Of a stretch of 64,000 bases of DNA, positions 61,101-64,000 are shown one piece after another. Made by a program: the position numbers and the translations under genes. The notes beneath the pieces were generated by a model, which saw nothing but the letters and a program-made list of their open reading frames with translations, was not told the origin of the DNA and did not search any database. The stretch is from Tubiluchus corallicola. Lineage: Eukaryota; Animalia; Priapulida. Where the stretch lies: assembly GCA_030141605.1 (NCBI GenBank), contig JAQGDQ010000199.1, positions 124,001-188,000 on the forward strand, given 5' to 3'. How positions within the stretch are numbered: the first letter of the stretch is position 1; the number at the start of each line of letters is the position of its first letter.

Positions 61101-63597
61101 AGGTGATTGCTTTTATGCTCATTGTTAGGTTTCTATTTTTATAAAGATTACCTGCGTTGATGTTCAGTGTATTAAAATAGATTTTTGCTTTTTAAGGTTG
61201 TCATTGTTATCATGGAAATATTTTAGCTTTTTTCAATTTCGTTTATGCAGGAGTGTATTTATAACCATAACAAGATACTTTGTATTTATGGAGTGAAATT
61301 TTATATACATATAGCTACATTATTTTGCAAGGAATATGTTATGTAAGGAGTGTGGAAGACAAAACAAAATACAAATTACTGGAGTCGTCAGGAGGAACTT
61401 GAAAATCGAGTTTCGGCTGCTAGAGCAGCAAGTGTGGTAGAGCATCTAGCATTGACTTTAGCATGATGTGGTGTACTTACTACTGATACATATCTTGCAA
61501 GCTTTCCTACAGCTAGATAACATGTAGTCAGGATTTTTCACGCATTCGTCTGTGTCTGCCCAGAACTGGCAATGTTCGTTATTGTCTTTACACTCTGAAG
61601 AAAGGAAATATTAGCTTGAAAAACCGCATTCCACTATTCTGTGAGAACTGCAAAGATCTGCATAATATCTGTAAGTTTCAGTCTCTGTTACGTCAAGTTC
61701 AAAAACAGTTCTACACAAGATGAACTAATGATCAGTTTTGGATCAATTTGGTAGCAAATTCCATCATTATTTGACGCCATTATAATCTTTTTATTACGGC
61801 AATAATCTTAACTGTAATTGAACATCAACCTCATTACCATTTTCGTCTATGTCATCACCACACACCCTGCAAGATTTTTGGCAATTTTCCAACATGTAGG
61901 CAGGATTTTTTGTGCAATCGCCTTTGCTATACCAGTAGTCACAGTTTTGATTTCTATTGGTACAAGCTGAAATAAAGAATGCACTTAGAAATGAAAAAAG
62001 AAATTTTGTTTAATTGATCTCTTGTGCATCAACAGATTTTTGTTCATCTGTTATTTTCTTCATCCAGCAGTCATTCAATTTCTCATTCATTCACTCATTT
62101 AGAATTTTCATTGAAAATGAATAATTTTTATGCATGAAAGACAGTCTTTCATGTAAAGCGAACCAAGTTTTCGATAAATTAATTTACCAGATTATATAAC
62201 AAAGAAAAAGTTAAAAGAGTGTGTTTAAAGCACAAATGTATGACATAAAAAAGGTAAAATGTGAATTGATTAAAAAACGTACACAAATGGCTTGATTACT
62301 CAAAGAGAGAAATATAAAATTTATTTAAACACGGTAGCATGAACTCTCTGTCGACTTTTCATCGACTTTACACACACAAAGCTTTTCCAAATAAGGGCGA
62401 AGTGGAAGGCTGAGCGGAAAAATGGGTACTATTTTCACCAAAGTTAAGTAATCCAGGCCCTGAAAACGAAGGGATAGGTGAACACACTGAAAAAATGTTT
62501 GTAGCTTGTCTCGTCTTCTAGATCGCTGACTGTTTCTCTCGCCAAGGATGAGCGCAAATTCAAACCGGAACTTCTGCAGGATTAATGTGTAGAGAATCGT
62601 CGACCATAACAATTTCTGTTTTTGTGGCTCATCAACTACCTACATAGGTTTTGCTGTTTGCAGTTATTGTTTCGGAATCACAAATCGCTGTTTTGGAATC
62701 GCAATTCAGTAGATTACAGCGTGTTCGGGAAGTCACGTGGTTTGGTGCCTGTGGTCGCGTGCCTTCACAATTTATCTATTGATCTTAAAGGCTTCACGCT
62801 GTAATGTATATTTTAAACGTGTATGTAGTTTCTAAGTAATAAAGCTTTTATGTATGGTAGATAAGGTGAGACTTAAATAAATCATAAAAAAATCAACAAT
62901 AAAAATAGCAAACTCTAAAATTTAAATCCAAAACCGTATTTTTTTTAAAATACGTGTTTTTCATTTGCCAAATTAGATTACATCATTATTCCAGATCACT
63001 GGTTTTTGTTGTCGATTGTTGAAGGAAAAACACATTTCATTACAATTACTTCAAATGTGAAAATACAGAGCCAGTGATTTTCTCCACACAACCCTAACAG
63101 AAAAAGATACAAGAAACGATTGCAGTGATTTCAATTACTTACCAAGTTCGGAAGAACTGGAGCTAGTATTGTCAGGGGGTTCCTCATCATTGCTGCACGA
63201 TAACCGAATATTTTCCTTGCCCACCCCACCATGCAATGTTCCATTGTTAACGTCACACCATGCAAATACATTTCCCCCACTTGCATAACAATTTTCATAC
63301 AATTTTGTGATTTCATCAACCGTTAGTTCATAGTCGTAAAAATTTACACCAGTTAACAAACCCACGTAAGACTCAGCAGCCTCGAAGCGTTCATCTGGGT
63401 ACCTATCAGGATCTTGTCCTATTATTACAATTCCATCTGAGCTGGCCGACATCTTATCTGTTTCTTGGTTATTTCCAGTGAATTGTAGCAAACCATCGTG
63501 GTACAACTTGTGTCCGTTATGCCAATGCCACACAACGCATAAGTGATGCCAGTCGGTATCAAACAAAGGCACACTGGAACTAAGGATTTCATCTGCC
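57730..63597 (-). CDS. Tandem pentraxin-domain protein, 3' part (5' exons lie beyond the window)
   Basis: complement(join(57730..58144,59948..60197,63143..>63597)). Phases fit (G|GA and GG|T). The pentraxin signature HxCxxW occurs twice (WHHLCVVW, WNHLCLMW), followed by GQDxD...F.G..TG.NFYD; the middle exon has FTVCEWMK...IFSYS. A candidate AATAAA lies on the minus strand at 57556-57561. Confidence 0.88.
58685..59840 (+). mobile_element. Decayed Tc1/mariner (maT-like) transposon remnant hosting the hAT MITE
   Basis: NPMHY/S across the insertion site resembles (SPDL)NPxDYSIW. Downstream LEETFAEYWDQISFKEITSCV..KRL resembles a Tc1-family C-terminus. Limits are approximate. Confidence 0.5.
59052..59524. 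mobile_element. hAT MITE family D, copy 2 (inverted relative to copy 1)
   Basis: Same TIR; perfect 8-bp TSD CACTACAG. Confidence 0.9.
59948..60197 (-). CDS. pentraxin gene exon (N-terminal half of the last PTX domain)
   Basis: TTACAG|GSCPVELYFPRLTNTSYF...FTVCEWMK...IFSYSTSYSPNAI...FSVN; GG|GTATGA donor chosen by phase. Confidence 0.85.
63143..63597 (-). CDS. pentraxin gene exon (C-terminal half of the upstream PTX domain plus Ser-rich linker)
   Basis: TTTTAG|ADEILSSSVPLFDTDWHHLCVVW...IIGQDPDRYP...EGNVFAW-like motif GGNVFAW...SSSSSEL|GTAAGT. Confidence 0.88.
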
Positions 63598-64000
63598 CTA
63601 AAAGTTTAAAATGTGCATTTAAGGTGCGAAATGAGTAAATAAACACCAAAAAATGTTTGGTTCATTTTTATCCGTAACATGTATTATTTCTGCTGATATA
63701 TGTGTGCTTGCAAACCAAAACCATCCAAAAGTCGGCATAGTCAAAACTACGTTATGCTGCTTCAAAGTAGAATGTACCAAAAATTTGGTCAACTGTCGAT
63801 TTTTGTTTTTTATAAAAACAAATGCTAAACATATTGGACTTTTATATTCTAGCATCAAATTATCAGGAAAATGTCCAAAAAATACTAAAAATCTTATTTT
63901 ATAACTCCATACCCACTTTTCTGTCTTGAAACTAGTACTACAGTTGTGAAAAATTTGTATTTTCAAACTTTGATAGTAGCTCGTGGATGCAGCCATTTTG

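Overview
This is AT-rich, intron-rich animal genomic DNA. The 5S-like sequence suggests a lophotrochozoan-type invertebrate, but that is tentative. I reconstructed three spliced genes by hand. (1) A complete 7-exon tafazzin on the minus strand (CDS 36447->24997, 268 aa). (2) A complete 11-exon imidazolonepropionase/AMDHD1 on the plus strand (38049->51843, 436 aa), head-to-head with tafazzin. (3) The last three exons of a minus-strand gene with at least two tandem pentraxin domains (63597->57730). The first ~24 kb has no recognisable protein homology but shows hints of minus-strand 5' exons. Most long ORFs in the ORF track are artefacts of micro- and minisatellites. The window is dense in repeats: eight unrelated minisatellite arrays, MITEs (piggyBac-like, hAT, Tc1/pogo-like, Kolobok-like), a long-TIR foldback element, decayed RTE and CR1/L2 LINEs, and two copies of a 5S rRNA-headed SINE with an RTE-type body. 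I see no clear new multi-gene system. The best leads are the 5S/RTE SINE, the 96/98-bp variant-coded array carrying an acceptor-like motif, the intronic foldback element, and the tandem pentraxin gene.
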